Numbered from the stretch's first letter, positions 27,824 to 37,116 are shown. The stretch: DNA of 64,000 nt from Dehalococcoidia bacterium (GCA_022827095.1 JAJDTP010000005.1:647919-711918), one strand, 5' to 3'. Notes: a model not told the origin generated them from the letters alone. Numbers and translations are program-made.

Positions 27824-28396
27824 ATGGCGACGCAAAACCTGCCTACGGTGCAACTGGTCGACCCCACCGGCTTTGATCCCGGCGAGACTCCCTTGGTCAT
27901 GGCGGCCCGTCCGGTCGACCTCCGTGGCGGACGCCTGGGTCTGCTGGACAACTCCAAGGCCAATGCGGACGCGATCCTGTGGGCCATTGCCAATGCCCTG
28001 AACGACGAGTTTGAGTTTGCCGACATCTTCTACACCCGCAAGCACAGCTCATCTCTGCCGCCTCATCCCGAGGTGTTGGCCGACCTCCACCGTAACGCCG
28101 ATTTCGTCATAGCCGGCGTCGGCGATTGAGGGGGATGCTCGTCGGGCAGTTTGCACGACGGAATCACCTTGGAGCGCCAGGGCATCCCGGCGGCGACCAT
28201 CATCACCACCGTGTTCGCCAACACCGCCCGCGCTTACACGCGACTGATGGGCGTGCCCGATTTCCCGTACCTCATGTGCGCGCACCCGATCGGCAACCTC
28301 ACCGGCGACGATTTGCAGGAACGCGCACGACTACTGACACCCCAGGTTCGCCGCCTGCTCGCTAACGGGGATTTGGCGCGGGCGGAAACCGCCTGA
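27824..28396 (+). CDS. Putative selenoprotein (UxxC motif, in-frame UGA at 28127-28129), 190 codons if read through; resembles what I recall as the 'UGSC family (seleno)protein'
   Basis: AAAGGAG RBS then ATG at 27824. The ORF stops at a TGA that is in frame (offset 327 nt) with ORF 28151..28396, which has only a TTG start and no RBS. Read-through gives ...FVIAGVGD-U-GGCSSGSLHDGITLERQGIPAATIITTVF... A hairpin begins 10 nt after the UGA. Confidence 0.65.
28139..28161 (+). promoter_or_regulatory. Candidate bacterial SECIS hairpin
   Basis: u-CGUCG-G-GCA-[GUU]-UGC-A-CGACG-g. There is a 5-bp lower stem (28140-44/28156-60), a 1x1 internal loop, a 3-bp upper stem and a G/U-containing apical loop. 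It starts 10 nt 3' of the UGA, the spacing expected for bacterial SECIS elements. Confidence 0.4.
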
Positions 28397-28413
28397 CCGC
28401 GCCGTAGTGCAAC

Positions 28414-30231
28414 ATGCCCGGGATCGGGGACATTTTCCGCAGGTTGACGCGTCGCTCCCAGGCGTCGGAGCCGGAGCAGGCTGAAACGTTCGAGGCCAGA
28501 ACCGATGTGACGCCACCGGACCCGCCCGATTTAGCGCCCCCTGAACCGCTTGCCTGGGAGCACGAAGATGCCGCCCCTGAGCTAGCTTCCACCTCGGAGC
28601 TGGAAGACCTGCGGTTCTCGTCGCCCGAAGAACCGGCTTCATCGCAGGCGGCGTTTGACGATCAACCGCCGCGTGAAACGTTGATTTCCGCACCTCTCGA
28701 ACCGCAGGTGAGTTTCGCGCCTGACGGACGGGATGGCAGTAACGTGGGCGTACTTGATCCGCCATTCGTCGATATCGGGGACGATGTCCTGGTTGACGAC
28801 CCGCTTTTGCTGGTTTGCCCGTATTGCGGAACGGAGGGGCAACGGGTCGGCGCGCGCTGCGCCAACGAGCGATGTAACCGCGTCATCGTGCGTCTGCCGC
28901 CCTGGGCACAACACCGGCGGCACAGTTGGCTGACACGACGTCTTTCGTGGCGACGCATCGTCGCTGCGTGCGTCGTCGCGCTGCTAATCGTTTTCGTGAT
29001 CTGGATCAACTACCCGTTTGCGCCCGACCCGGTCGTGTTGTTCAAGAAGACCCAGACGCAGTTGACCATTGACGCGGGTCCAGGTTCGTGGACTGGTGTC
29101 GGCAGGGATCTCCGGCACAGCCGGCGAGTGGACATTGGACCGCCACCGCCTTCCGGTCAGATGAGGTACTGGAACTTCGACGTTCCCGGGGACCCGTTGC
29201 TATCGGAGCCCGTCGCACAGGACACGCACGTGTACGTAGGTTCGTCAGAAGGGATGTACGCCTTGTCCCATGCGGATTTGTCGTTTATCGAAAAGTGGGA
29301 AGGCGACACGCCGGGTCGGATAACTGCCGGAGCCTCTGTGGTCGGTTTGTATCTCTTCTTTGGGAGCACAGACCACACCGTCAGTTCGTGGAACGCATTT
29401 GACGGCCAGGTGCGCTGGAGTTTTCCCACCGCTGACACGGTTGAAACCGCCCCCGTGGTGTCGGATGGCCTGGTGTACATCAGCTCAGGGGAGAGTTGGA
29501 TCTATGCCCTGGATGCTCACAACGGAGTGTTGATCTGGAAAAAGCAGCTGGATAGCAACGCCAGCGATGCCGCCACTATTCACGACGGCAAGCTGTTCAT
29601 TGGCGACGAGAAGGGAGTGTTCTACATTTTGTCCGCCCGAACCGGCCAGGAATGGTTCCGTTTCCGAACCCCGCGAGCCATCAGCGGATCACCCGTGGTT
29701 TCCGAAGATGGGGAACGCGCGTATTTCAGCGCGGGTGGCCAGTTGTACGCCGTGGAAGCGACCCGCCGCGAGATACCAGGTCTCTATCAATTCAAACAGT
29801 TGTGGGCTCAGCTGTGGCTCTGGCAGGTGCCCGGGGTTCCGCGACCAAAGGGACAGCAAGGGGGACTATGGCGGTTCACGCCCGAAAACCCGCTTCAAGG
29901 GATCAAGAGCAGCCCGACGCTGGTCGACGACGCCGGTGGCGGCACGTTGTACGTCGGAGGACACGACAACAATGTCTACGCGCTGAACGCCATAACGGGC
30001 GACCTTTTGTGGACTTTCCAGACGGAAAATGCAGTGTGGGCTTCGCTCCTGGCCATTAAAGACCACCTGATCGTTGGCGACGAATCGGGTTTCCTGTATT
30101 CGCTGGACCGGCTGACCGGGGTTGAGAATTGGAGGATGAACCTCGGGTCTGCGATCATGATCCCGCCGGTCGTGAGCAACGGATTGCTGATCGTACGGAC
30201 CGCCGACGGCAACGTGTATGGAATCGAATAG
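28414..30231 (+). CDS. Membrane-anchored PQQ-like (BamB-type) beta-propeller repeat protein with a cytoplasmic acidic/Pro-rich region and a zinc ribbon
   Basis: The N-terminal ~150 aa are low complexity. They are followed by CPYCGTEGQRVGARCANERCNRV (4 Cys) and one TM helix (IVAACVVALLIVFVIWI). Repeated YVGS/YALD/LIWK/G.LY.L motifs typical of PQQ-like propellers come after that. Confidence 0.8.
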   Translation: MPGIGDIFRRLTRRSQASEPEQAETFEARTDVTPPDPPDLAPPEPLAWEHEDAAPELASTSELEDLRFSSPEEPASSQAAFDDQPPRETLISAPLEPQVSFAPDGRDGSNVGVLDPPFVDIGDDVLVDDPLLLVCPYCGTEGQRVGARCANERCNRVIVRLPPWAQHRRHSWLTRRLSWRRIVAACVVALLIVFVIWINYPFAPDPVVLFKKTQTQLTIDAGPGSWTGVGRDLRHSRRVDIGPPPPSGQMRYWNFDVPGDPLLSEPVAQDTHVYVGSSEGMYALSHADLSFIEKWEGDTPGRITAGASVVGLYLFFGSTDHTVSSWNAFDGQVRWSFPTADTVETAPVVSDGLVYISSGESWIYALDAHNGVLIWKKQLDSNASDAATIHDGKLFIGDEKGVFYILSARTGQEWFRFRTPRAISGSPVVSEDGERAYFSAGGQLYAVEATRREIPGLYQFKQLWAQLWLWQVPGVPRPKGQQGGLWRFTPENPLQGIKSSPTLVDDAGGGTLYVGGHDNNVYALNAITGDLLWTFQTENAVWASLLAIKDHLIVGDESGFLYSLDRLTGVENWRMNLGSAIMIPPVVSNGLLIVRTADGNVYGIE

Positions 30232-30257
30232 ACGTCCATCCGACGACTGTGCCAGCG

Positions 30258-30300
30258 AAAACGCCCCCGGCCGCGCACACGGCCAGGGGCGTTTCTGGTT
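30258..30300. terminator. Bidirectional intrinsic terminator between convergent genes
   Basis: A 9-bp stem AAACGCCCC (30258-66) / GGGGCGTTT (30285-93) encloses an inner GGCCG/CGGCC stem. It is followed by TTTCTGGTTT on the + strand and preceded by an A-run (a T-run on the - strand). Confidence 0.6.
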
Positions 30301-30317
30301 TCGTTTGGATTGAACGA

Positions 30318-31298
30318 TCAGTAGAGGTGGCAGGATACCCGGTGACCCGGCGATACCTCTTTTTCTACCGGCGCCTCTTCGGAACACTGCGGCATCGCAA
30401 AGGGGCAGCGGGGATGGAACCGGCAGCCGCTGGGCGGGTTGATTGGCGAGGGAACCTCGCCCTGGAGCACTATGTCTTCCCGAATCAGGTCCGGGTGAGA
30501 TGGGAGCGCAGCCGAGAACAGCGCTTTGGTGTAGGGATGCAGCGCGTTGTTGTAAAGTTCCTCGGTCTCGGCGTATTCAACGATTTGGCCCAGGTACATG
30601 ACCGCGGTCTGGTGCGCCATGTATCGGACCGTGGCCAGGTTGTGTGCGATGAGCAGGTAGCTGACGTTGTACTGCTCCTGAAGATCCTTGAGAAGGTTCA
30701 TGACCTGGGCGCGAATGGACACGTCCAGCGCGGAGACCGGCTCGTCCAGAACGATCAGCTTGGGGTAGGACACCAGCGCCGAGGCGACCGCGATCCTCTG
30801 TCTCTGGCCGCCGCTAAACTCGTGGGGATAGTTGTTGGCCTGTTGGGAGTGCAAACCGACCTGAGCCAGCACCTCGGAGACGCGGTCGTTTTTCTCCTGG
30901 GTGGTCACATTGCGGTTGACCACCAGCGGCTCGGAAACGATATCGCGCACCCTCATTCGGGGGCTGAGCGAAGACCAGGGATCCTGGAAAACGGCCTGTA
31001 CGGTGGTTCGGTATTCCTGGAGTTGGGAGCCCCGGAAGGTGTTGATGTCCTCGCCGTCAAGCAGGATTTCGCCATCTGTGGGCCTTTCCAGGCGCAGCAG
31101 GAGCTTGCTGGTGGTGGTCTTGCCGCAACCCGATTCACCCACCAAGCCCAGAGTTTCGCCCTGTTTGATGTTGAACGAAATCCCGTCCACGGCCTGCACG
31201 TAGCCGATGGTCTTCATCAAAATGAGACCCTTGGTAACCGGAAAATATTTTTTCAGGCCGGTGACTTCCAGAAGGTTATTGTCAGTAGCGACTGCCAT
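30318..31298 (-). CDS. Peptide/nickel-type ABC transporter ATP-binding protein (OppF/DppF-like)
   Basis: Walker [10 protein letters not shown], signature [12 protein letters not shown], Walker [13 protein letters not shown], and a C-terminal oligopeptide-type extension ([12 protein letters not shown]). Confidence 0.9.
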   Translation of the reverse strand: MAVATDNNLLEVTGLKKYFPVTKGLILMKTIGYVQAVDGISFNIKQGETLGLVGESGCGKTTTSKLLLRLERPTDGEILLDGEDINTFRGSQLQEYRTTVQAVFQDPWSSLSPRMRVRDIVSEPLVVNRNVTTQEKNDRVSEVLAQVGLHSQQANNYPHEFSGGQRQRIAVASALVSYPKLIVLDEPVSALDVSIRAQVMNLLKDLQEQYNVSYLLIAHNLATVRYMAHQTAVMYLGQIVEYAETEELYNNALHPYTKALFSAALPSHPDLIREDIVLQGEVPSPINPPSGCRFHPRCPFAMPQCSEEAPVEKEVSPGHRVSCHLY

Positions 31299-31351
31299 CG
31301 TGGTCGGGACCTCCTCTACAGGGAATTACTGATTGTGGTGGTGCGCGCAAT

Positions 31352-32395
31352 TTATCCGGTCGTCCCGGTCGGCGCCACGTATTCCGCAATGGGTGTTCCT
31401 TCCCAGTCGGAGTGAAGCGCCCAGCAGTCCGCGTGATGCGCCTCCGCGAGTTGGATGGACGTGGGATATGTTTCCAGACACCGGTCGGATACGTACGGGC
31501 ATCGCGGCGCGAAGCGGCAGCCCTCGGGCAGGTTGGACAACAACGGCGGCTGCCCTTCGATCGAGTACAGGCGGTCGACCCGTTCCTCCAGTTTCGGCAC
31601 GGAATTGATCAGCGCCTGGGTGTAAGGGTGCGCCGGGCGGCTGAAGATGTCCCGGACGTCGCCCTGTTCGATGATCCGGCCCGCGTACATCACAGCCACG
31701 CGGTCGCACATGCGGGCCACAACGCCGAAGTCGTGGGTGATGAAGATGATCGCCAGCCCGGTCTCCGCCTGGATTTCCTTTAGCAACCGAAGGTATTGCA
31801 GCTGAATCGTCACGTCCAGTGCGGTGGTGGGCTCGTCAGCGATGATGATGCCGGGCTCACACGACATGGCGATGGCGCCCACCACGCGCTGCTTCATTCC
31901 ACCCGACATCTGGTGCGGGTAGTCGTCCAGCCGGCGTTCCGGCGCAGCGACGTTAACCTTTCGCAACGCGTCCACCGCCCGGCCCAGCATGGAGCTCTTA
32001 TTTTCGCGGTGGGCGATGCCTAGCGCTTCGCGCAACTGGTTGCCGATGGTGAACACAGGATTGAGCGAGGTCTGCGGGTCCTGCAGGATCATGGAGATCT
32101 GCCGACCCCGGACGTCGCGCATTTCGTCTTCGCTTTTCTGAAGGATGTCCTCGCCGTTGAGGACAATTTCACCTTCTACGATTCGGCCGGCCGGCCTGGG
32201 GACCAACCGCAACAGGGACAACGCCGTCATGGTTTTGCCACAGCCCGATTCACCCACGATACCCAGGGTCTCTCCCTTCTTCAGATCGAAGGATATCCCG
32301 TCGACGGCCTTGACCGTGGCCGCTCGAGTGAAGATATAGGTCTTGAGGTTGTTGACCTCTAGGATGGTATCGGTGGCAGTTTGTACAGCGGTCAT
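31352..32395 (-). CDS. Peptide/nickel-type ABC transporter ATP-binding protein (OppD/DppD-like)
   Basis: [34 protein letters not shown]-terminal [20 protein letters not shown] upstream of the ATG. Confidence 0.9.
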   Translation of the reverse strand: MTAVQTATDTILEVNNLKTYIFTRAATVKAVDGISFDLKKGETLGIVGESGCGKTMTALSLLRLVPRPAGRIVEGEIVLNGEDILQKSEDEMRDVRGRQISMILQDPQTSLNPVFTIGNQLREALGIAHRENKSSMLGRAVDALRKVNVAAPERRLDDYPHQMSGGMKQRVVGAIAMSCEPGIIIADEPTTALDVTIQLQYLRLLKEIQAETGLAIIFITHDFGVVARMCDRVAVMYAGRIIEQGDVRDIFSRPAHPYTQALINSVPKLEERVDRLYSIEGQPPLLSNLPEGCRFAPRCPYVSDRCLETYPTSIQLAEAHHADCWALHSDWEGTPIAEYVAPTGTTG

Positions 32396-32639
32396 GGCAG
32401 CATTCCCCTCTGCATTGGTTGGTCGGCCTGGTGGCCGGTGTCGCTAAGGTGTGTTGGTTGTGCTGTCGAACGTAGCGTCGTCCAACTCAGGGGTTGAAGG
32501 CGGTTACCTCGAATCCAGTATCGCCCGGTTTTGACGAGCGTTCACCGAAGTCGTGGTGTCGCTGGATTGTACCAGTAACCACCAGCGTCGGCGAGAGCAC
32601 AAAAGTGTCGCAGGTTAGATGGGCTCGGTTCTCCTGGGC

Positions 32640-33737
32640 CTATACATTCCGCAGCTTCGGGTCCAGCCGGTCCCGCAGCCAGTCGCCGAGCAGGTTCATG
32701 GACAACACGGTTAGAACGATGGCCAGGCAGGGGAACATGAAGATCCAGTATGAACTGGTGATAACCTCCCGGCCGTCCGCCGCCATCAATCCCCACGCGG
32801 GATTGGGCCGCGGTATGCCGGCCCCAAGGAAGCTCAACGTGGCCTCCAGGATGATGACGTGCCCCACCTCCAGCGTTGCCAGCACGATCACCGTGTTGAA
32901 AACGTTGGGGAAGATATGCTTCATCATGATGCGCAAGTTGGAAGCGCCGGCTACACGGGCCCGATCGATGAAGTCCCGCTCGCGGATTGCCAGTGCCTCG
33001 CCGCGAATGACACGGGCGTAGCGGGCCCACAGCAGTAACGCGATCACGATGATAACCGTGCTGAACCCGGAACCTATGGCAACTACTAGCGTGAGCGCCA
33101 ACAGGATCGACGGAAACGCCAGCTTGATGTCCACGATGCGCATCAAAACGGCGTCGAGAAAGCCGCCGCGGTACGCTGCGATCATTCCCAGGCCGGTGCC
33201 CAGGATGCCCCCCAGCAGGATAGCGAGGCAGGAAACCGCCAGGGAGATGCGGGCGCCGTGCATCATGCGGCTAAGCACATCCCGGCCCTGCTTATCAGTT
33301 CCAAAGGGGTACTCCCAACTGCCGCCCTCCTCCATGCGAACCACGGTCTCGCCGAGGTCGACCTCGCCGTTTCCGTTAGCGTCGACCAAGTTGGCGACGC
33401 CAGTATTAAGGTTGCGACGGGCGTTGTTGATGCTGATTTCATTGGGGTTTTTGTCGCGCACCCGCTGCACCACCACCTGGCTGGTTTCGCGGTCCCGAAC
33501 CCAACCCGGCGGCTCCAGCGCACGGTCCAGATCACCAATCGTGCTGTCGTGGGGAGACAGCACGTCGGCGAAGATTGCCGGTATTACCAGCAGAAAGACC
33601 AGGATGAACATAGGGATTACCGGCAATCGGCGGAGTTCGCTCCAGATTCGACCGGCGGATAGACCGCGAGTCCCGGCGGCGACCCCGGCCGCCGCTCCGG
33701 CAGGTCCTCCCGGCGGCGCGCTTGTTTGAACAGCCAT
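32640..33737 (-). CDS. ABC transporter permease (OppC/DppC-like)
   Basis: Multi-TM ORF with the binding-protein-dependent transport EAA-type block (IRERDFIDRARVAGASNLRIMMKHIFPN). Confidence 0.9.
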   Translation of the reverse strand: MAVQTSAPPGGPAGAAAGVAAGTRGLSAGRIWSELRRLPVIPMFILVFLLVIPAIFADVLSPHDSTIGDLDRALEPPGWVRDRETSQVVVQRVRDKNPNEISINNARRNLNTGVANLVDANGNGEVDLGETVVRMEEGGSWEYPFGTDKQGRDVLSRMMHGARISLAVSCLAILLGGILGTGLGMIAAYRGGFLDAVLMRIVDIKLAFPSILLALTLVVAIGSGFSTVIIVIALLLWARYARVIRGEALAIRERDFIDRARVAGASNLRIMMKHIFPNVFNTVIVLATLEVGHVIILEATLSFLGAGIPRPNPAWGLMAADGREVITSSYWIFMFPCLAIVLTVLSMNLLGDWLRDRLDPKLRNV

Positions 33738-33804
33738 CAGTTTCTCCCCTCAAGCTTTCCGAAATCATGATCGGGTCGGCATGGAACCGGCGAAGCTCCT
33801 TGAT

Positions 33805-34725
33805 CTATTGGTTGTAACGGATGCGCGGATCGACGTAGGCGTAGGTGATGTCGGTGATGATGTTGATCCCGACGTACAGCAGCGCGAACAGCATGACCAC
33901 GGCCTGCACCACGATATGATCCTTCGAGTTGATGGCTTCGATCACCATCAGACCCAGCCCAGGCCAGGCGAAAACGGTTTCGATGACCACGGAGCCCGTG
34001 ATAAGGATCGCAAAGATCAGGCTGAAGTACGTCAGCGGGCCGATGAGTGCGTTTCGGAAGCAGTGCTTCCACACGATCTTCCATTCGGGGATGCCTTTGA
34101 TGCGGGCGAGCTTCACGTACTCCGTATCCAGCACGTCCAGCATCGAAGATCGGGTCAACCGCATGATCGCCGCCACGTTGTAGTAGCCCAACGCGAAGCC
34201 GGGCAGAATGATATGTTTGATGCCGCCTTTGCCCGACGTCGGCAGCCAGCCCAACTGGACGGCAAACACCCACATTAAAATCAGGCCCACGGCGAAGGTC
34301 GGCGCCGACTGACCTAATATGGCGAACATCTTGCCACCGGCATCGAACCAGGAGTCTTTTTTCACCGCCGATAAAACCCCGATGGGGAAGGCGATTATCC
34401 CCGTGACCACCAGGGCGAACGCCGAAAGCTGAATAGTGGCCGGCAACCGTTCCGCAATCAGCTCGAGCACCGGCCGATCCCAGCGGAAGGACACTCCCAA
34501 GTCGCCGGTCAGCAGGCGCCGCATATAGGTGAAGTACTGGACATGGAGGGGCTTGTCGAGGCCCCAGCTTTGGCGCAGTCGTTCGATCTGCTCTTTGCCG
34601 GCCTCGTCGTCCAGGATGGCTGCCAGCGGGTCGCCCGCCACACGTGACAGGGCGAAGACGATGAGGCTGATGACGAAGACCGCCAACAGTCCTTGCAATA
34701 TCCTCAGCACGATAAATCGTTGCAT
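33805..34725 (-). CDS. ABC transporter permease (OppB/DppB-like)
   Basis: MQRFIVLRILQGLLAVFVISLIVFAL... is the canonical OppB/DppB N-terminus. The EAA block reads YVKLARIKGIPEWKIVWKHCFRNA. Confidence 0.9.
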   Translation of the reverse strand: MQRFIVLRILQGLLAVFVISLIVFALSRVAGDPLAAILDDEAGKEQIERLRQSWGLDKPLHVQYFTYMRRLLTGDLGVSFRWDRPVLELIAERLPATIQLSAFALVVTGIIAFPIGVLSAVKKDSWFDAGGKMFAILGQSAPTFAVGLILMWVFAVQLGWLPTSGKGGIKHIILPGFALGYYNVAAIMRLTRSSMLDVLDTEYVKLARIKGIPEWKIVWKHCFRNALIGPLTYFSLIFAILITGSVVIETVFAWPGLGLMVIEAINSKDHIVVQAVVMLFALLYVGINIITDITYAYVDPRIRYNQ

Positions 34726-34822
34726 GATTCTGACCCCACTTACTGTCCCGTCGGTATCGCGGTATCCGTAGATCCCCCCGAATCTTCAATGTGCGGCAAT
34801 TGCCAGACCACGCGGGCATGCG

Positions 34823-36757
34823 CTATTCACGTACACCCTTCACATATTCCAAGTAGATGAATGTCCCGTTGTTGGGGCCAAGGAAGACGTACTCGGCCAC
34901 CACATCCGGGTCAATGGTGGCGCTGATGGGAAGCGTCCAACCAGGGATCACGCCAACCTGCTCGTAGATCTCGTCCGAGACTTTCTGCCACAGATGGGTT
35001 GCGTCGGACTCATTCAAGGCGCGGAGAGCTTGCTCCTTGTAATTCTGGATATCGTCGCTGGTGTACATGCGGAAGAACCGTTCCGCGCTGTAGTAGAAAT
35101 GGACGCGCGTGTCGATGGGCGCCGCGGGACCGCGGTGCGGGTAGATGCAGCAGTCGGTGTTAAGGCCGCGATACTCGTTGCGCCAGTTGGAGAACTCAAT
35201 GGGCTCGATCGTCGGGTCCAACCCGATCTGCGACCAGTAGGCTGACATGGCCTCCAGCATGTCTGGGATCTCGGGAACGCCGCCCAGTGGGTACGAAATC
35301 ACCCGGAAGGAGAAGCCGTTGGGGAAGCCGGCTTCAGCCAACAGCTGTTTCGCCGCCTCGGGGTCGTAGCCGTAATATTCGTCCCACTTGGCTTCCCATG
35401 CCGGGTTGTATCCGGCCGGGAAGTCGGGCACGATACCGCCGATCCAGTGGTGTTCACCGGCGCCCCCAAAGATGGCTTCGTTGATGGCGTCGCGGTCAAT
35501 CGCCTTGTTCATGGCGATGCGTACCGTGCGACCGGTATCGCCGGGAATGCTCCACGGCAATTCTTCGTCGCGATGGCCCACGATGTCGTAGTCTTCCACA
35601 TACCCTTCCGGCGTCTCGCCCGTGGAGTAGTACAAGCCGCCAAAGATCGCCCAGGCCATCGTGGCCGTGACCGATGAGTCGACGACCTCAAGTCCGTCAT
35701 CTATGGCATCCTGCAGGAGCGCCCGGTTCACCGAGCCGATATGCGCCTCCCGAGCCTGCATGACCGCAAGGCGCGTGGCGGGTTCGCGAATGTCCTTGAT
35801 CTCGATTTCACTGAAATCAGGATCAACGCGCCAATGGTCGTATTCGACCTTGGACCATTCCCAGCCGACGCCCTCTTCAAAACTCACGTATTCGTAGGGA
35901 CCGGTCCGGGCGGATTTCTCCGCCACGAGGTCCCGGCTTGCCAGGCAGTAACCCAGGTCCAGACCTGCTTCATTGTTGCCGTAGTCTGCCGCGCCATTGG
36001 GGCAGGCCTGGTCCCATTGAGCCTTGCTGCTGATGGGCATGCCACGGAACCCGGACAGCCAATAGACAAAGTCCACGGCGGGGCGTTTCAGCATCCGCAT
36101 GTTCAGCTCGTAGTCGTTCACAATGTCCACAGCCGCACCCGGGTTGGACCGGAAATAGTCCGAATAGGAAGCACGACAATCGGGATTGGTGTAGTAAGCG
36201 AGAGAATGTTGCACGTCCTCAGCGGTGAACTCGCCCCAATCGTCATGCCATTGGACGCCCTGGCGCAACTTGAAATTCCAGATCATTCCGTCATCCGAAA
36301 TGCTCCATTCCGTAGCCAAAGTCGGTTCATACTCACCGTCATAACGGTTCGCGTCAATCATGAATTCCATGGACATGCGGTAATTCACCACGCCCGAACC
36401 GGTCACCTCGCAGTCCAGCATCGACTCCAGGGACGGCGGGTCCAGCACCACGATGAGCCGTTCCGAAACCAGTTCTCCTTCCTGTTGGACCGGCGGGGCA
36501 GTTGGCCTGGGCGTGGATTCCAGCACCGACGCGCGCTGCGTCGGGGTGGGCAGGGCTCCGGTAGCAACCGGCGTATTAGTCGCCCGCACTACCGGGGTAT
36601 TGGTGGGGGCTTCCACCTGGGGAGCCGCAGTTGCCGGTGCCTGCTGCACCGGTGCAGCAGTCTCTTCGGCCCCGCCACACGCCACCAGGAAAACCGTAAG
36701 GGTCAAGGTTGCGATCAAAGCGATGGCCGGAAGTTTCAAATGTCGTCTGATTGACAT
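34823..36757 (-). CDS. ABC transporter substrate-binding lipoprotein, family 5 (peptide/nickel type), paralog 1
   Basis: From the internal Met, MSIRRHLKLPAIALIATLTLTVFLVACGG is a signal peptide plus lipobox. A Thr/Pro/Ala-rich linker follows, then an SBP_bac_5-like body. It is highly similar to the next gene. Confidence 0.85.
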   Translation of the reverse strand: MSIRRHLKLPAIALIATLTLTVFLVACGGAEETAAPVQQAPATAAPQVEAPTNTPVVRATNTPVATGALPTPTQRASVLESTPRPTAPPVQQEGELVSERLIVVLDPPSLESMLDCEVTGSGVVNYRMSMEFMIDANRYDGEYEPTLATEWSISDDGMIWNFKLRQGVQWHDDWGEFTAEDVQHSLAYYTNPDCRASYSDYFRSNPGAAVDIVNDYELNMRMLKRPAVDFVYWLSGFRGMPISSKAQWDQACPNGAADYGNNEAGLDLGYCLASRDLVAEKSARTGPYEYVSFEEGVGWEWSKVEYDHWRVDPDFSEIEIKDIREPATRLAVMQAREAHIGSVNRALLQDAIDDGLEVVDSSVTATMAWAIFGGLYYSTGETPEGYVEDYDIVGHRDEELPWSIPGDTGRTVRIAMNKAIDRDAINEAIFGGAGEHHWIGGIVPDFPAGYNPAWEAKWDEYYGYDPEAAKQLLAEAGFPNGFSFRVISYPLGGVPEIPDMLEAMSAYWSQIGLDPTIEPIEFSNWRNEYRGLNTDCCIYPHRGPAAPIDTRVHFYYSAERFFRMYTSDDIQNYKEQALRALNESDATHLWQKVSDEIYEQVGVIPGWTLPISATIDPDVVAEYVFLGPNNGTFIYLEYVKGVRE

Positions 36758-36844
36758 GCTCTCTCCGAAGTTCTCGTCCCGTTGGAAATTTTTGGCCTGA
36801 TCGGCATACGGCAGCGGCGGATGCAACTACCCAATAGCGAAGGC

Positions 36845-36874
36845 AATATAGGAAAATTGGTCAAGCCGAGTCAA
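36845..36874 (-). promoter_or_regulatory. Sigma-70-like promoter for SBP paralog 1
   Basis: The minus strand reads TTGACT-N18-TATATT (-35 at 36874-36869, -10 at 36850-36845), about 90 nt upstream of the start codon. SBP paralog 2 has the same architecture upstream. Confidence 0.5.
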
Positions 36875-37116
36875 ACGTGCCATAAGGATAATTATGTACG
36901 AAAACCGTAACGAATTGACAAAACTTCGCCATAACACGCAATGTGATTGCGAAAAAGATCACAAAATGACAGTGATGGTTGCGGGATGCTAACGGCCTGT
37001 CATCACCATAATCAATACATAATATAATCAATTACGATGTATCAGTGTCAGCGATAATGCGATCGCCGTGAGAGCTTCCAATAATACGGTGCCATGGTTC
37101 GCGTGATCCGATACGC

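Noticed and set aside
28151-28396. Stand-alone 81-aa ORF with a TTG start
   Set aside because: It has no RBS and is in frame with, and separated only by a UGA plus 7 sense codons from, the upstream ORF. It is better explained as the C-terminal part of a UGA-read-through (Sec) protein.
36942-36963. Canonical CRP/FNR binding site
   Set aside because: The TGTGA and TCACA pentamers are separated by 12 nt rather than 6, so it does not fit the CRP/FNR consensus. It is kept only as a generic inverted repeat in the findings.
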